A stretch of DNA of 47,184 nucleotides, taken from contig JBIIFN010000001.1 in the NCBI GenBank assembly GCA_044237325.1, positions 1 to 47,184 of the forward strand. The letters run 5' to 3'. Numbering within the stretch: the stretch's first letter is position 1; every line of letters begins with the position of its first letter. A model generated the notes under the pieces. That model made no database searches. It was not told where the DNA came from and worked only from the letters and a program-made list of their open reading frames with translations. Made by a program: the position numbers and the translations under genes. The stretch is from Algoriphagus sp. (GTDB lineage: Bacteria; Bacteroidota; Bacteroidia; Cytophagales; Cyclobacteriaceae). Shown piece by piece: positions 46,009 through 47,184 of this stretch.

Positions 46009-46051
46009 ATTAGCGCTTTCTAGGATTTTTTACCTTAGAAAGCGCTAATTT
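46009..46051 (+). terminator. Hairpin after purH
   Basis: ATTAGCGCTTTCTA / TAGAAAGCGCTAAT 14-bp perfect arms. Confidence 0.7.
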
Positions 46052-46103
46052 CATTTCCACGTCAACTGCACTAACTTGCAGTTCGAATTCAAACTCAAGT
46101 TGG

Positions 46104-46138
46104 TTTCGTCCTTCGTATTTCGACCTTCGCATTTCCTA
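46104..46138 (+). repeat. Five imperfect 7-nt tandem repeats before cysS
   Basis: TTTCGTC CTTCGTA TTTCGAC CTTCGCA TTTCCTA, ending on the A of the ATG. Confidence 0.6.
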
Positions 46139-47184
46139 TGAAAGCACATCAACTCAAGCTCTACAATACCCTTTCGCGACAAAAGGAAGATTTTGCTCCC
46201 ATCAGCCCTCCTTTTGTAGGCATGTATGTGTGCGGACCTACCGTCTATGGGGATGCGCATTTGGGTCATGGTCGGCCAGCAATCACCTTTGACACGGTCA
46301 ACCGCTACCTGACACACCTGGGTTACCGCGTACGCTACGTCCGCAACATCACCGATGTAGGGCACTTGACTGGAGATGCCGACGAAGGGGAAGATAAAAT
46401 TGCCAAAAAAGCCAAACTAGAGCAGTTGGAACCCATGGAAGTGGCCCAACAATACACGGACACCTACCACCGCGACATGGCCCTGCTCAATACCTGGAAA
46501 CCCAGCATCGAGCCACGTGCCACCGGACATATTCCCGAGCAAATCGCCTTGGTAGAAGCCATCCTCAAGGAAGGGCTTGCTTACGTAGTCAATGGCTCGG
46601 TTTATTTTGACGTGCTGGCCTACAACCAGCGATTTACTTATGGCAAACTCTCTGGCAGAGTGCTAGACGACCTCGTCAGCGGTAGCCGCGAACTGGAAGG
46701 CCAAGGAGAAAAGCGAAACTCTGTAGACTTTGCCTTGTGGAAAAATGCCTCCGCCGAGCACCTTATGAAGTGGGACTCCCCTTGGGGTGTTGGATTTCCA
46801 GGTTGGCACCTGGAATGCACGGCCATGAGTTCCAAGTACCTAGGTACCCAGTTTGACATCCACGGCGGCGGCATGGACCTGCTTTTCCCACACCACGAAT
46901 GTGAAATCGCACAGGGCAATGCCTGCAACCACCGTGATCCAGCCAAGTACTGGATGCACAATAACATGATCACCATCAACGGCCAAAAGATGGGCAAGTC
47001 CTTGGGCAATTTCATCACGCTACAGGAACTCTTCACCGGCAAACATCCCCTACTTGAGCAGGCCTATAGCCCGATGACCATCCGCTATTTTATCTTGACG
47101 GCACAGTACCGCTCCACGCTGGACTTTTCCAACGAAGCACTGAAAGCCGCTCAAAAGGGCTACAAGAAAATCATCAACGGACTG
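46138..47184 (+). CDS. cysS: Cysteine--tRNA ligase, runs off the window
   Basis: Manual translation: [12 protein letters not shown]...[14 protein letters not shown]...NITDVGH...DFALWK...PGWHLEC...[14 protein letters not shown]...KMGKSLGNF. Confidence 0.97.
   Translation, partial: MKAHQLKLYNTLSRQKEDFAPISPPFVGMYVCGPTVYGDAHLGHGRPAITFDTVNRYLTHLGYRVRYVRNITDVGHLTGDADEGEDKIAKKAKLEQLEPMEVAQQYTDTYHRDMALLNTWKPSIEPRATGHIPEQIALVEAILKEGLAYVVNGSVYFDVLAYNQRFTYGKLSGRVLDDLVSGSRELEGQGEKRNSVDFALWKNASAEHLMKWDSPWGVGFPGWHLECTAMSSKYLGTQFDIHGGGMDLLFPHHECEIAQGNACNHRDPAKYWMHNNMITINGQKMGKSLGNFITLQELFTGKHPLLEQAYSPMTIRYFILTAQYRSTLDFSNEALKAAQKGYKKIINGL

Noticed and set aside
46987-47001. KMGKS instead of KMSKS in CysRS
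   Set aside because: To my knowledge a common variant in Bacteroidota CysRS; the other motifs are intact.

Overview
Chromosomal segment of a Bacteroidota bacterium; TAnnTTTG promoters, lipoprotein signals and gene content suggest Cytophagales, possibly Algoriphagus-like (inference). From 1 to about 32.9 kb it is mostly housekeeping: guaA (partial), a DNA-repair MBL exonuclease, a pterin/flavin cluster (PTPS-folE-SDR-two hypotheticals-flavin reductase), two L,D-transpeptidases, GNAT-nitrilase/kdsC/kdsA, a serine hydrolase, a protease-rich block (two HtrA, RseP, Lon, HslU) with dxr, a cobalamin-riboswitch btuBG / btuFCD uptake locus, a higBA toxin-antitoxin pair and purN. The main anomaly is an about 11.5 kb, visibly AT-richer block of 14 co-oriented, functionally unrelated small genes between purN and purH. 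Its spacers carry remnants of shared repeats, one attC-like bottom-strand hairpin and collapsed TAAC/GTTA junctions. It looks like an eroded integron-like cassette array with no integrase in the window. Also notable: an animal-type (CX5HGH) PTPS with FolE and a sepiapterin-reductase-like SDR (candidate tetrahydrobiopterin pathway), a beta-flower-like repeat protein, and a Fic gene with a perfect operator over its promoter and start codon. The window ends with purH and partial cysS. No rRNA, tRNA, CRISPR array, transposase or integrase was recognised. All family assignments come from motif recognition, not database searches.
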